Origin: Candidatus Zixiibacteriota bacterium
GTDB taxonomy: Bacteria; RBG-13-66-14; B26-G2; WVWN01
Direction of reading: 5' to 3'
DNA length: 64,000 nucleotides
Assembly: GCA_050117845.1 (NCBI GenBank)
Contig: JASFLY010000006.1
Location: 65,701-129,700 of the forward strand
The position numbers and the translations under genes are program-made. This document shows positions 31,997 through 42,370 of this stretch, in pieces (the stretch's first letter is position 1; every line of letters begins with the position of its first letter). Below the pieces are notes generated by a model, which worked only from the letters and a program-made list of their open reading frames with translations, was not told the origin of the DNA and made no database searches.

Positions 31997-34900
31997 TTAT
32001 TCGAATTCGGTTTGCAGTTTCTCGGCCGAGTTCTTCCTGCGGCGATGCCGCCATTTCTCGATAATGGCGAAGACGACCGGCACGACGAGCAGCGTGAGCA
32101 GCGTGGAGGTTATCAGGCCGCCGATGACGGCCACCGCCATACCCTGGCGGAACGAGCCGCCCTCGCCCAGGCCCAGCGCCGTCGGCAGCATACCCATGAT
32201 CATGGCCGCGGTGGTCATGAGGATGGGCCGCATTCGGACGGGGCCGGCGATGAGCAGGGCCTCCTTGATGGATTTCCCCTTGTCTATCTGGTGCAGGGCA
32301 TAGTCCACCAGCAGGATGGCGTTCTTGTTGACGAGGCCCATGAGGAGAATTAACCCCACCATCGTCATCATGTCGAAGGTCGTGCCCAGGATGAAGATGG
32401 CCGCGATGGCTCCGACGACCGCGAGCGGCAGCGCGAGCATGATGGTGAAGGGGTGGGTGAACGAGTTGAACTGGGCCGCCAGCACGATGTAGATGAAGAC
32501 GATGGCGATAGCGAGGGCCGTGAACATGTTCATGAACATGGTCTGTTGCATTTCGGTCTCGTGGCCCACGGAATACTCGTAACCCGACGGGGGCGGGTTG
32601 TCTTCGACGTACTTCGCCATCTCTTTTTGGATGTCGCTATCCGCGGCGCCGAGCGCCTTGCCGGCCCATATGGAGATGGTGCGCTGGCGGTTGATGTGTT
32701 GGATCTCGGTGGGGCCGACGTCGCGTTCGACGTCGACCAGCATCGCAAGGGGCACGACGTCGCCGTCGTAGTTTTTGAGGTATAGGCCTTCCACGTCGCC
32801 CTGGTCCCGGACGCGTCCCCTGGGAATCATAACGCGGACGTCGTACTCCTCGCCTTCCTCGGTGTACTTGGTGGCGACGGTGCCTTCTACCATTCCCCGT
32901 ACCGTCATCGCGACGGAGTACACCGGTATCCCCAATTCGGTGCACATCGCCCGGTCCGGGACGAGGCGGGTTTCGGGGCGCCCCTTCTCATAGCTCATGC
33001 CGGCGTCGCGGACGGCGCCCACCGTTTTAAGGTATGTGACCATCTTCGAGGCTTCGACTTCGCAGACGTCCAGGTTCGGCCCGGAGAGGTCAATCGATAT
33101 CGGCTGTTGGCCGAACGTGTCGCCGCCGCCCATCCCCGGTATCCCGAAGGTAACCTTGGCCCGCGGGTAGTCGGCGAAGGTGCCGCGGAACTCTTCCTGC
33201 ATCTCGAAGTTGCTGGACTCGCGTTCCCTGACGGGCTTCAGCTTGGCGGTTATCATCGCCCGGTTGGGGATCTCGTCGTCGCCTATGCGGGTGAAGGTCG
33301 TCTCCACGGCCTCGTGCTTCGAGAGCGTGTTTTCGACGTCGTCGGCCACGACCGCGGTATGGTTCAGCGACGAATCCAGCGGCGTTTCCACGTACGCGTA
33401 CAGGTAGCCCTGGTCCCAGGCCGGCATGAAACCGGCGCTGATGAAGCGGACGAGGAAGAGGCTGGCCACGAACGTGGCGAAAGCGATTATAAGCGTGATA
33501 ATGGGATGCTCGAGCGCGCGCCGCAGGAAACCCCGGTATCCGTCCGCCAGCCGGTCGAATTGGCGGTTGATGGGATTGAAGAGCCGTTCGAACCAGTTCT
33601 TCTTGGTCGGGTCGGGGCTGCCGATCATCAGCTTGGCCGACAGCATCGGGGCCATCGTCAAGGCGTCCCACAGCGAATACAGGACGGCGAAGACGACCAC
33701 GAGGCCGAACTGGCGGAAGAAGCGCCCTACGATGTCGCCCATGTACGCCACCGGCACGAAGACGGCGCAGATGGTAAACGTCGTCGCCATGACGGCCAGG
33801 CCGACCTCCGCGGTCCCGAAAGAGGCCGACTTCTCGAGCGACATGCCATCTTCCCAGTGGCGGTAGATGTTCTCCCGGACGACGATGGCGTCGTCGATGA
33901 GAATGCCGACCGCGAGCGCCAGGGCCATGAGCGTGAGCATGTTGATGGTGAAGCCCACGGCGTACATCATCAGGAAGGTGAAGAGGATGGAGGTGGGGAT
34001 GGCCAACGCCGAGATAATGGTCGTGCGGAGGTTGCCCAGGAATATCAGGATGACGAGGACGGCGAATATGGCGCCGAGGTACAACGCCTCGGACGTGTCG
34101 GAGACGGCTTCCTTGATGAAGTCGGCGTCGTTGTACGCGATGTCGAGCTCTACTCCCGCCGGGAGCGTTTCCTTTATCCTGTCGAGCCGTTTTAGAGTTT
34201 CGTCGCAGACCTCGACGGTATTGGCGCCGGAGGCCTTCCCGACGCTTATCATGACGGCGTCCTTGCCGTTCAGCTTGGGGATGGTCTTTATCTCTTTGTA
34301 GCTGTTTATGTCGACCGTCGCCACGTCGCGCAGGTGTATCGGCGCCCCCTGCTTCCAGGCGACGACGACATCCTCTATGTCCTCCTGCGAGCGGAATTTA
34401 CCGGCGACGCGGAGCTTCTCCTCGCGCGCCCCGGTGCGCAACGGCCCCGCCGGCACTTCCAGGTTGGCCGCGGCCAGCGCGTTCGTTACTTCGTCGAGCG
34501 ATACGCCGTATCCGGCGAGCGCCGCCGGGTCGAGCTCGACCTTGACCTCGCGCTCCAGGCCGCCCATGACGTCGACTTCCGCGACCCCCGAGATCTTCTC
34601 TATCTGGGGTTTGATAACGTCGTCGGCGATGCGGCGCAGCTCCTCGGGAGTGGCCTTGCCGCCGACGGCGAAGGAGATGACCGGCTCCGAGCCCCAGTCG
34701 ATGCGGGCCACGACCGGCTTCTCGATGTCGAGCGGGAGGTCGGGAAGGGCCTTTTCGACCTGGGTTCGAACGTCTGCCTCCGCTTCGCGGGGGTCGGTCT
34801 CGAGCTCAAACTCCAGGACGGCGAGGGAATACCCCTCGTTCGAGTAGGAGTAGAGGTTTTTAAGGCCGCTGATGGAGCTGAGGTTGTCTTCGACCGGTTC

Positions 34901-35092
34901 GGTAACGTCCGTCTCCACTTCGGCCGCGCTGGCTCCCGGCCACGCCACCGTCACGATGACGTACGGGAAGTCGACCTCGGGCATGATGTCGACGCCCAGG
35001 CGGCCGTACGACACGGCCCCCAGCACGATGACGGCGAGGACCTGCATCGTTATAAAAACCGGCCGGCGAATGGAAAAATCGGCGATTTTCAT
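31997..35092 (-). CDS. RND efflux permease (AcrB/AcrD/AcrF family)
   Basis: SIRRPV, GILIDDAIVVREN, KNAILLVD, RMRPILMT; 1031 aa. Confidence 0.96.
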   Translation of the reverse strand: MKIADFSIRRPVFITMQVLAVIVLGAVSYGRLGVDIMPEVDFPYVIVTVAWPGASAAEVETDVTEPVEDNLSSISGLKNLYSYSNEGYSLAVLEFELETDPREAEADVRTQVEKALPDLPLDIEKPVVARIDWGSEPVISFAVGGKATPEELRRIADDVIKPQIEKISGVAEVDVMGGLEREVKVELDPAALAGYGVSLDEVTNALAAANLEVPAGPLRTGAREEKLRVAGKFRSQEDIEDVVVAWKQGAPIHLRDVATVDINSYKEIKTIPKLNGKDAVMISVGKASGANTVEVCDETLKRLDRIKETLPAGVELDIAYNDADFIKEAVSDTSEALYLGAIFAVLVILIFLGNLRTTIISALAIPTSILFTFLMMYAVGFTINMLTLMALALAVGILIDDAIVVRENIYRHWEDGMSLEKSASFGTAEVGLAVMATTFTICAVFVPVAYMGDIVGRFFRQFGLVVVFAVLYSLWDALTMAPMLSAKLMIGSPDPTKKNWFERLFNPINRQFDRLADGYRGFLRRALEHPIITLIIAFATFVASLFLVRFISAGFMPAWDQGYLYAYVETPLDSSLNHTAVVADDVENTLSKHEAVETTFTRIGDDEIPNRAMITAKLKPVRERESSNFEMQEEFRGTFADYPRAKVTFGIPGMGGGDTFGQQPISIDLSGPNLDVCEVEASKMVTYLKTVGAVRDAGMSYEKGRPETRLVPDRAMCTELGIPVYSVAMTVRGMVEGTVATKYTEEGEEYDVRVMIPRGRVRDQGDVEGLYLKNYDGDVVPLAMLVDVERDVGPTEIQHINRQRTISIWAGKALGAADSDIQKEMAKYVEDNPPPSGYEYSVGHETEMQQTMFMNMFTALAIAIVFIYIVLAAQFNSFTHPFTIMLALPLAVVGAIAAIFILGTTFDMMTMVGLILLMGLVNKNAILLVDYALHQIDKGKSIKEALLIAGPVRMRPILMTTAAMIMGMLPTALGLGEGGSFRQGMAVAVIGGLITSTLLTLLVVPVVFAIIEKWRHRRRKNSAEKLQTEFE

Positions 35093-35123
35093 GGCATCCG
35101 CGGCTCCCCGGCCGCGGGAGGTT

Positions 35124-36044
35124 TTAATCGTGGAGTTTTAGAGTTTCTTTTTTAGAGATTTTTACGCCGTCGTCGAGATCGGAGTTGGCGAAGACGATTA
35201 CTTCCTCGTCGCCGTCGAGGCCGGAGACTATTTCCACCGCGTCCTCGCGCGCCAGGCCGGTTTCGATTAACCGCCGGCGGACGACGTTCCCTTCCGCGAC
35301 GTACACGGCCACGCCTTCAACTTCGCGACGGATGGCCTGGGGCGGTACGAGGATGGCGTCCTCGCTCCGCGCCACCGGGACCTCCACCTCCGCGAACATC
35401 CCGGCGCGGAGTTCGGACACCCGACACGTCGGCTTGATTTCCACCTTGGCCAGGTGGGAATCGGGCGACAGCGACCGCGGCAGGCTTATTACCTCGCCTT
35501 CAATGGCGTCGCCGGTACAACCCTTGGCGCGGATTTTAACGGGCCGGTCCTCGCTCATTAAAATAAGCGTTTCGGCCGGCACCGACGCCTCGACCTTCAC
35601 CGATTCCGGCTTGACTACCACCGCCAGCGGCGTCGCCTGGGTTACCATGTCTCCCACGTCCACCATAACCTCGGTGATTTCGCCGCTTATGGGGGCGTAC
35701 GCGTGGTAGTAGCGGAACTTCATGCCCGGCTGGTCGTAGTCGATGACCGCGATGGTCGAGCCCCGGCCTACGCGCTTCCCGGCTTTCCCGGGAACCTCGA
35801 CGACCTTCCCCGCGATTTTGGAATAGACCGTCGCCTCGTCGGTCGAAACGACCGATCCCAGGAACGACCGCGTTTCCTCGATGACGCCGATTTCCGGTTT
35901 GGTCACCTCAACCGCGACGGCGACCTCCCGTTTTTCCGCGAATTCCTTCGCGAGTTCACGCTTCTTCGCGGCTCGGGAGAACCCCAGTATAAGGACGATA
36001 GCCAGACAAACGGCTGTTATCCCTATTATTATCCATTTTCTCAT
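35124..36044 (-). CDS. RND efflux periplasmic adaptor (MFP)
   Basis: N-terminal TM, APISG, LRAGMFA, VEIVSGL; short alpha-hairpin. Confidence 0.9.
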   Translation of the reverse strand: MRKWIIIGITAVCLAIVLILGFSRAAKKRELAKEFAEKREVAVAVEVTKPEIGVIEETRSFLGSVVSTDEATVYSKIAGKVVEVPGKAGKRVGRGSTIAVIDYDQPGMKFRYYHAYAPISGEITEVMVDVGDMVTQATPLAVVVKPESVKVEASVPAETLILMSEDRPVKIRAKGCTGDAIEGEVISLPRSLSPDSHLAKVEIKPTCRVSELRAGMFAEVEVPVARSEDAILVPPQAIRREVEGVAVYVAEGNVVRRRLIETGLAREDAVEIVSGLDGDEEVIVFANSDLDDGVKISKKETLKLHD

Positions 36045-36060
36045 ATCGTTTCGCCCGTAG

Positions 36061-36127
36061 TTGAACTGCGGAGTTCAAATGTTGACTAAGTGGTCGGCAT
36101 TCTATCAAAACGCGGGACGCGAGTCAA
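36061..36127 (-). promoter_or_regulatory. RND operon promoter and operator-like palindromes
   Basis: TTGACT-17-TAGAAT (36127-36099); perfect TTGAACT-N4-AGTTCAA at 36061-36078. Confidence 0.6.
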
Positions 36128-36222
36128 GAATAATCGGAGGGAATTCTTCTCCGAAGGCCGCTTTTCGCTTCAACGCGGCGGCTCTTTATGTTATAAACAG
36201 CTTCACCCAAAGGCGGCGAACC

Positions 36223-36738
36223 ATGGACGAAGTTTACTCGTTATATACGGCCGAATTCCCTACCGCCTGGGGCGATTTCCGGATGGCGGCGAGCGCCTCC
36301 GGCGTCGTCGCGGTGGGCCTTCCCGGGGACGGAGGCCGCGGCTTCTTCGAACGTCTCCGTCGGAAATACCCGGGTTTTTTATTCCTCGAGAGTACGACGC
36401 CGGACCTGGAGCAAGGCCGGCGGGAGTTGGAGGAATATCTGGCCGGCCGCCGCCGGGAATTCGACGTGCCGTTCCATATCCGCGTTACGCCGTTCCAGTT
36501 CAAAGTATTGGAGGTCGTGAGTACGATACCTTACGGTTCCACCACGACCTACGGCGAAATAGCCAAGCGGCTCGGCTCGCCGGGCGCGGCCCGGGCCGTG
36601 GGCGCGGCGTGCGGAGCCAATCCTATTCCGCTCGTCGTCCCTTGCCACCGGGTAGTCGGGTCCTCCGGCCCCGGCGGCTACGCCGGCGGCCTCGAGTTCA
36701 AACGCAAACTCCTCGAACTCGAGAGCGCGGCTTTTTAA
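36223..36738 (+). CDS. ogt: Methylated-DNA--protein-cysteine methyltransferase
   Basis: IPYG.T.TYG, ARAVG, PCHRV active site. Confidence 0.93.
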   Translation: MDEVYSLYTAEFPTAWGDFRMAASASGVVAVGLPGDGGRGFFERLRRKYPGFLFLESTTPDLEQGRRELEEYLAGRRREFDVPFHIRVTPFQFKVLEVVSTIPYGSTTTYGEIAKRLGSPGAARAVGAACGANPIPLVVPCHRVVGSSGPGGYAGGLEFKRKLLELESAAF

Positions 36739-36792
36739 GTAATACGCAAACGATCCCGAAATAGTTACGTAAACCCGAAAGGATGAGGTCGA

Positions 36793-38529
36793 ATGAGGCG
36801 TTTCCTGTTAACCGTATTGTTAACGCTCGCCGTCGCGGCCGCGGCCTACGCCGCCGACGAGGACTTCAATTTCGTCATCCTGGGCGACCGCACCGGCGGC
36901 CACGTGCCCGGCGTGTACGGCGAGATAGTCGGAGAGATTAACCGGATGGGCCCCGAGATCGTCGTAACCGTGGGCGACCAAATAGAAGGGTACACAGAGG
37001 ACCGGGCGGTATTGAAGGAGCAGTGGGACGAATACTGGGAAATCGCCGGCGCGCTCGAGGCCCCGTTGTACGTCTGCCCCGGAAACCACGACATCTATAA
37101 CGACGTGATGTGCGAGGAGTGGAAGAGCCGGACCGACCGGGAGCCTTGTTACTCCTTCGACTACAAGGGCGTGCACTTCGTGATGCTCGACACCGGCCGG
37201 TGGGAGACGAGCGAGGATTGGCTGGCCGAAAGCGGCTACCGGGAATGGCTGGAAGAGGACCTGGCGGCCCATAAAGGCGACCGCATGACCGTCGCCATTT
37301 ACCACATACCCTATTGGTACGAGACGCTGGCGGAGGGCGAAGCCGACCCCTTACACGAGATCCTCGTGGCGGGCGGCGTCGACGCCGTCTTCAACGGCCA
37401 CTTCCATACCTACGGCCACGCGGAGTACGACGGCATCCCGTATACTATGGTGGGCTCGAGCGGCGGCGGCTTCGGCGACGAGGCCGAGTACCGCGGCGCT
37501 TTCTTCCATTACGTGTGGTGCACGGTGCGCGGCGACGAACTCTCGTGGGCGGTACTTAAAAAGGACTCCGCCCGTCCGGAAGGCGCGGTAGCTGTCGCCG
37601 ACCTCAAGACCATCGAAAGCGTCGAGTACGAGTACGTACAATTGCCGGCGGTACACTACGCCGAGGGTGACGTGGCCTACACCGTATACGTCGAGAACGG
37701 TACGGAGAACGATATAACCGTCCCGGTGGCCTGGGACGCTCCGGACAACTGGAACGTGGAACCGGCGACGGCGGAAGCGACGCTGGCGCCGGGCGAGTCG
37801 ACGGAAATCGCGTTCACGGCCTCGCCCTCGGGCGACATGTATCCCTTGCCGGAAGCCACTATTAGCTACCCGTACCGCGGCGAGATGATCCATGAGGTCA
37901 CGCGGAGCTTGTCCGCTTGCCGCACCCAACCGGTAACGGCGGTCGCCGAAACGCCCACCATCGACGGTGACCTGGGCGACGCGTGTTGGGCGGCGGCCGG
38001 CCGGGCCGACTACTTCTGCGCGGTGGACGGCAGCGCCGTAACCATAGACCCGACGACGTTCTACTTCGCTTACGACGAAAAAAACCTGTATGTCGCCGCC
38101 CGCTGCGAGCAGGAGGACATGGGCGCTTTGGTCGTAACGGGAGCCGAGCGCGACGACTTCGTCCACAACGACGATTGCGTCGGCTTCTTTATCTGGCCCG
38201 ACATTCAGGAGGAAAAATTCTACCAGGTCTACGCTAACGCCGACGGCGTCGTTTACGACATTTCCTATACCTTCGGCCCGGGCGATCTGGATACGGAAGG
38301 GGCGGCCGCCTGGAACGGCGAATACGAGATAGCCACGGGCCGCGGCGACGACTGCTGGACCTTCGAGGCCGCTATACCGGTGGCGTCGCTCGGCGGCGAG
38401 GATATTATCTCCGGCGACGAGTGGCGGATTAACTTCCGGCGCAAGGAACAGGCCAAGGGCGCGTCGGCCGACTGGCAGTACCCCATCGGCTTCGACCCGT
38501 CCCGTTTCGGGTACCTGGCGTTCCAATAA
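36793..38529 (+). CDS. Secreted calcineurin-like metallophosphoesterase with Ig-like and CBM9/DOMON-like domains
   Basis: LGD, VGD, PGNHD, GHFH; C-terminal PTIDGDL.D..W, YDEKNLY, WTFEAAIP. Confidence 0.82.
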   Translation: MRRFLLTVLLTLAVAAAAYAADEDFNFVILGDRTGGHVPGVYGEIVGEINRMGPEIVVTVGDQIEGYTEDRAVLKEQWDEYWEIAGALEAPLYVCPGNHDIYNDVMCEEWKSRTDREPCYSFDYKGVHFVMLDTGRWETSEDWLAESGYREWLEEDLAAHKGDRMTVAIYHIPYWYETLAEGEADPLHEILVAGGVDAVFNGHFHTYGHAEYDGIPYTMVGSSGGGFGDEAEYRGAFFHYVWCTVRGDELSWAVLKKDSARPEGAVAVADLKTIESVEYEYVQLPAVHYAEGDVAYTVYVENGTENDITVPVAWDAPDNWNVEPATAEATLAPGESTEIAFTASPSGDMYPLPEATISYPYRGEMIHEVTRSLSACRTQPVTAVAETPTIDGDLGDACWAAAGRADYFCAVDGSAVTIDPTTFYFAYDEKNLYVAARCEQEDMGALVVTGAERDDFVHNDDCVGFFIWPDIQEEKFYQVYANADGVVYDISYTFGPGDLDTEGAAAWNGEYEIATGRGDDCWTFEAAIPVASLGGEDIISGDEWRINFRRKEQAKGASADWQYPIGFDPSRFGYLAFQ

Positions 38530-38552
38530 ACTAAAATCCCGACCCAAATGAG

Positions 38553-38579
38553 AAGCGGCCCCGCGGGGCCGCTTTTTTT
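38553..38579. terminator. Terminator between convergent genes
   Basis: AAGCGGCCCC-GC-GGGGCCGCTT followed by a T-run. Confidence 0.75.
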
Positions 38580-38598
38580 CGGTGGCGTAAAATCGCGC

Positions 38599-38967
38599 TT
38601 AAAAGGCGACCGGGAGGGACGACAGCGAACTCATACCGCCGCCCGCCGCCACGCCGATGAGGCCGAGGACGAAGGCGATGTAGCCGAGGAAAAAGCAGAC
38701 GTAGAAGGCGACGACGCAGAGGCCTATCGAGATGCCGATGGCGAAGTTGACGAGCGCGGCGATAAGGCAGTATTTCCCGAATTCTTTATTATCCGGGTCG
38801 GGCTTGCTTAAATAAATCGCGCCGATGACGATCCCGGCGATGGGTACGAGGAACGATATGACGTAGAATAGTATCCTGGGCTCCGGCGGGACCTCGCCCG
38901 GCGCCGCCGGCCTCTCGGGCACTCCTTCCGGCCCGGCCGCTTTGACGGCGTTGTTCTCTTCGGCCAT
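38599..38967 (-). CDS. Small membrane protein
   Basis: AGGAG SD, ATG 38967, YVISFLVPIAGIVIGAIY hydrophobic hairpin. Confidence 0.7.
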   Translation of the reverse strand: MAEENNAVKAAGPEGVPERPAAPGEVPPEPRILFYVISFLVPIAGIVIGAIYLSKPDPDNKEFGKYCLIAALVNFAIGISIGLCVVAFYVCFFLGYIAFVLGLIGVAAGGGMSSLSSLPVAF

Positions 38968-38987
38968 AACGCTTTCTCCTTGCGTTC

Positions 38988-39224
38988 TTACTCCGGCAAA
39001 AGGAAGCTGAAGCCGGCCTTGAGGCCCAGACCCAACCACACGGCCGCCCCCACGCATACCAATACTAACCCCGTAATACCTAATACTATGTATATCTTAC
39101 CCCGGCGACGGTTGACGTCCTCGCCCCGGCAGGTCTCGAGCGCGCCGTACACTATGCCGAAGAAGGGGAAAACGAAACAGGCCACGTACGTCAAGAAGGA
39201 CCGCCATTTGGAGTTTTTCGGCAA
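38988..39224 (-). CDS. Small membrane protein, paralog of the adjacent gene
   Basis: GGAGG SD + TTG; YVACFVFPFFGIVYGAL. Confidence 0.65.
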   Translation of the reverse strand: MPKNSKWRSFLTYVACFVFPFFGIVYGALETCRGEDVNRRRGKIYIVLGITGLVLVCVGAAVWLGLGLKAGFSFLLPE

Positions 39225-39237
39225 GACAGCCTCCGGA

Positions 39238-39696
39238 TTATTCGGCCCGGCCGCGGCGCGCCGGCTTCTCGGCCCGGGGCAGCTTGGCGGCGACGAAGGC
39301 GATTACGTCGTCCCGGTTGCCCCCGGAGAAGCGGAGGTTGACGCCGCGGAAGGAATCGAGCCGGGAAGGGTAGCTAAAGGTCGAAAGCATAACGCCCAAC
39401 CGGTCCGCGTAGTACGAGTGGAAGAAGTCCCAGTCTCGGGCTTTCTTGAGGCCCACTACCGACATATTGACGCCTTTGTCGTCGAGGCGGTAGTAGCGCG
39501 GCAGGAAGTGGCCGTGGAGGGATAGGAGCAGCGCGACGGCGCCGATGGCGGCCAGGAGCGGGCTGTGCCACAGGAAGTATATGGCCGCCGTGGCGGCCGC
39601 GGCCGTGGCCAGCGCCAGCGCGGAGCGGCCGGGGTATTCTATCAGCGGCCATGAACGCCAGCGTAGTTCCGGGGACGTTTTCTCCGATTCCGCCAT
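39238..39696 (-). CDS. Hypothetical two-TM protein with a soluble domain
   Basis: Host-like codon usage, operonic spacing. Confidence 0.65.
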   Translation of the reverse strand: MAESEKTSPELRWRSWPLIEYPGRSALALATAAAATAAIYFLWHSPLLAAIGAVALLLSLHGHFLPRYYRLDDKGVNMSVVGLKKARDWDFFHSYYADRLGVMLSTFSYPSRLDSFRGVNLRFSGGNRDDVIAFVAAKLPRAEKPARRGRAE

Positions 39697-39758
39697 ATCG
39701 CAACTAAGCCTCACGTGGCGCCGGTTTCTCGGGGCCGGCGCGTCCCGTACAGTATACC

Positions 39759-41531
39759 CTATTTAAACGCGGCCCGCTCAATAATCGTGAGGGGGATACG
39801 TGGTTGGTCCCGATTGCCGGAAACGTGAACGAAACTCTCGCCCCGGTGCCGGGTTATTTTCAACGGGACCACTTCCAGCGGGCCCTCTTCGCCGGCGAGC
39901 CACAATTTCACCGTACGGTTGTTCTCGGCCGCGAAGCGTACGACCGCTTCCGGGCAGGACGCGAGTTCGACGTTTTCTTCATCCGCGGGGGCGACCGTCG
40001 TCTTGGCGTCGAACAGCGCCCGCGAGGATACCGATACGCCGGCGTCGCTTGCTAGGGAGCGGGGCAGAAATCCGGCGGCCGTGAGCGCGTCGCGTACGGC
40101 GTCGTAATCCCGGGTCGATATCTCGACGGCGTGGAGTTCGCGGCGGCCCCGAACGAAGGGCTCGACCGTCGGGAGTTTGGCGATTTCGTCCGCGATTTCT
40201 TTCGTCTCGGCGGCGACGACCAGGCCGTCGTGAAACGCCACGACGCCGTATTGGCCCGCCCAGTCACGGAGGGAGAATTCGACGTTTTGGGGTACGGGAC
40301 GGGATACGTGCTCGTTCAGGAAAGCCAGGACTTCCTCTATCGTGACGCCGGCGTCCAGCGCCCGGTAGAAGCTGGCCTTGGATATCCGGTACGAGAGGAG
40401 GCGGCCGCCGCCGGCCTGGTCAGCGAAGGCCTCGACGCGAAGCCGCGTCGTTATCGGCGCGTCGTACGGGAACGTGAGTTCGAAGTTGCCGCCCAGGAGG
40501 AATTCCGGCTTCCGGGGATGAGTCGAGCCGGCCTCGAGCCGGTCCAGATCCTTCGACCGGGAAATTAGGAGGGACCCGTCAGCGCCGACACCCACGGCCG
40601 CGTAACCTGCTACGAAGGTCGCGAAAAGGGCCCGTCGGGCCGCCGCCCCGTCGAAGGTCGACGATACGGCCGCCGCGGCGGCGGCGAACGAGCCGGCCGG
40701 ATACCATCCGCCGTTTTCGGAGAGTGTCAATAAATAGGTAGTGTAAAGGCCGCCGCCGGTATCGTCCGCCTCTATTCCCTCTCCCAACAAGCCCACGTCG
40801 AACAGCTTCTCGGCGTCGTCCTCCGATAGCCAATTGGTCGCGCGCAACTCGTTGCGGTACCGCTCGAGCGCCCCCCGGGTCTCCAGATCGTCGACCAGAA
40901 GCTCGAGGCGGTTGAACCTCAGTTCCTCGGAGATGCGCACGAGGGACGGGTCTTCCTCGGGAACCTCCAACAGGGGGACGACCTTGGACAGAGCGCGCTT
41001 GGGAGTGGACCCGCTCTGCGTGAGCGTTATCGGGTTTTTTATAATGTAACACCAGACGGCCACGGCGTCGCGAAAGGCCGAGTGGGCCTCCAGCGTGGAC
41101 GCCGAGGCCGGCGGCGCCGCGGCCGACCCGAGCTGCCCGGCCGCCTCCTCGTCGATCCAGGGGAGGATCTCGGCGGGGGGGCGGTAGAGGCCCGTGGCTT
41201 CGTCGGGAAGGAGGAGCCCCCGGGTGGTGAGGGCGTCCGGGACGAGCGTCTTGCCGAAGCGGAAAAGGACCGATGCGCCGAGCGCGGGGGAGAGTTTTTC
41301 ACAGGCCGCGGCTACGAAGAGGGCCTCGGCCTCGCTCTCCTCGAGTTCGCGCACGAAACGCCGCACGGTACCGCGGTCCGCCAGGCGGCCGGGTATGTCG
41401 GCAAGGAGGCGGGCCTTCGACGTCAGTTCGTCCTGGAGCTTGAGGCGTTCGCCGAGGGCGGCAAGTTTGTCTAGCGGGAGGGACGTAAGCCCCGGTTCCA
41501 ACGGGACGCGTTCGGGACAAGCTTCAAACAT
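39759..41531 (-). CDS. Helicase-associated (XPB N-terminal-like, Helicase_C_3) domain protein with possible C-terminal WYL-like domain
   Basis: YRISKASFYRALDAG, PVPQNVEFSLRDWAGQYG; no helicase motifs. Confidence 0.75.
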   Translation of the reverse strand: MFEACPERVPLEPGLTSLPLDKLAALGERLKLQDELTSKARLLADIPGRLADRGTVRRFVRELEESEAEALFVAAACEKLSPALGASVLFRFGKTLVPDALTTRGLLLPDEATGLYRPPAEILPWIDEEAAGQLGSAAAPPASASTLEAHSAFRDAVAVWCYIIKNPITLTQSGSTPKRALSKVVPLLEVPEEDPSLVRISEELRFNRLELLVDDLETRGALERYRNELRATNWLSEDDAEKLFDVGLLGEGIEADDTGGGLYTTYLLTLSENGGWYPAGSFAAAAAAVSSTFDGAAARRALFATFVAGYAAVGVGADGSLLISRSKDLDRLEAGSTHPRKPEFLLGGNFELTFPYDAPITTRLRVEAFADQAGGGRLLSYRISKASFYRALDAGVTIEEVLAFLNEHVSRPVPQNVEFSLRDWAGQYGVVAFHDGLVVAAETKEIADEIAKLPTVEPFVRGRRELHAVEISTRDYDAVRDALTAAGFLPRSLASDAGVSVSSRALFDAKTTVAPADEENVELASCPEAVVRFAAENNRTVKLWLAGEEGPLEVVPLKITRHRGESFVHVSGNRDQPRIPLTIIERAAFK

Positions 41532-41537
41532 TTGGAA

Positions 41538-41566
41538 ATATTAACACGGCGGCGGGGAACGGTCAA
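41538..41566 (-). promoter_or_regulatory. sigma70 promoter, leaderless transcript
   Basis: TTGACC-17 bp-(TGn)TAATAT-6 nt-ATG. Confidence 0.75.
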
Positions 41567-41687
41567 GGGCGACGCGGCCTTTACGGCCCTCCCGAAATAT
41601 CGTATTATCCATTAACGCCGACGCCCGGCCGCCGGCCCCGCTCTTTATACCAATTAACCGGGACGGCCTCGCGCGTCCACCGACATT

Positions 41688-42356
41688 ATGTTATCCACGA
41701 AAGAAAAGGAATACATTTCATCCCGGGGCTACTGGACGCCCTTCAAGCCGCTGGCGCTCTTCTACCGGCATCAGCTCGAGCGAGCGCTCGCCCGGGCCTT
41801 ACGCCGCGAGGGCGTGGCGCTCGAGGATTGCCGTTGGCTGGAGGACGGTTGCGAGCGGGGGAACTTCTTCCGCCAGCTCGTCGAGTTCGGCGCGGCGCCG
41901 GGGCGGGGCGTGGGCCTCGACCGCGACGCCGCGGCCCTCGTGGACGGCCGGGTGAAGACGGCCGCGGGAGCGAGCTTCGTGTGCGGCGACGCGGTGGCCT
42001 TGCCCTTTCGCGCCGGCGTCTTCGACGTCGTCTTCCAAGCGCTCTTGTTCTCCTCCCTACCGCCGGGAGAGACGCGCGAACGCGCGGCCCGCGAAATCGA
42101 GCGGGTCCTCGCCGGCGACGGCGTCCTGGTGTGGTACGACTTCGTCGAGCGGGCGAAGGGGGGCGGCCTGCCCCGGGGCCTGGAGCTCCCCGAGGTCCGG
42201 GCGCTATTTCCGGGGTGGCGCCTCGCGGCCCACAAGTTCGGCCTCCGCTTCCGCTGGGTCACCTTCCTCGTCAATAAATGGCGCTGGCTCGCGGGGACGC
42301 TGGCCTCACTCGGCGTCGCGCGTTCCCACTACATAATAGTAATGCGCCGCCCGTAG
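41688..42356 (+). CDS. Class I SAM-dependent methyltransferase
   Basis: LEDGCERG motif I variant, GDAVALPF..GVFD, ERVLAGDG. Confidence 0.8.
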   Translation: MLSTKEKEYISSRGYWTPFKPLALFYRHQLERALARALRREGVALEDCRWLEDGCERGNFFRQLVEFGAAPGRGVGLDRDAAALVDGRVKTAAGASFVCGDAVALPFRAGVFDVVFQALLFSSLPPGETRERAAREIERVLAGDGVLVWYDFVERAKGGGLPRGLELPEVRALFPGWRLAAHKFGLRFRWVTFLVNKWRWLAGTLASLGVARSHYIIVMRRP

Positions 42357-42370
42357 GGGGCGACGCGATG

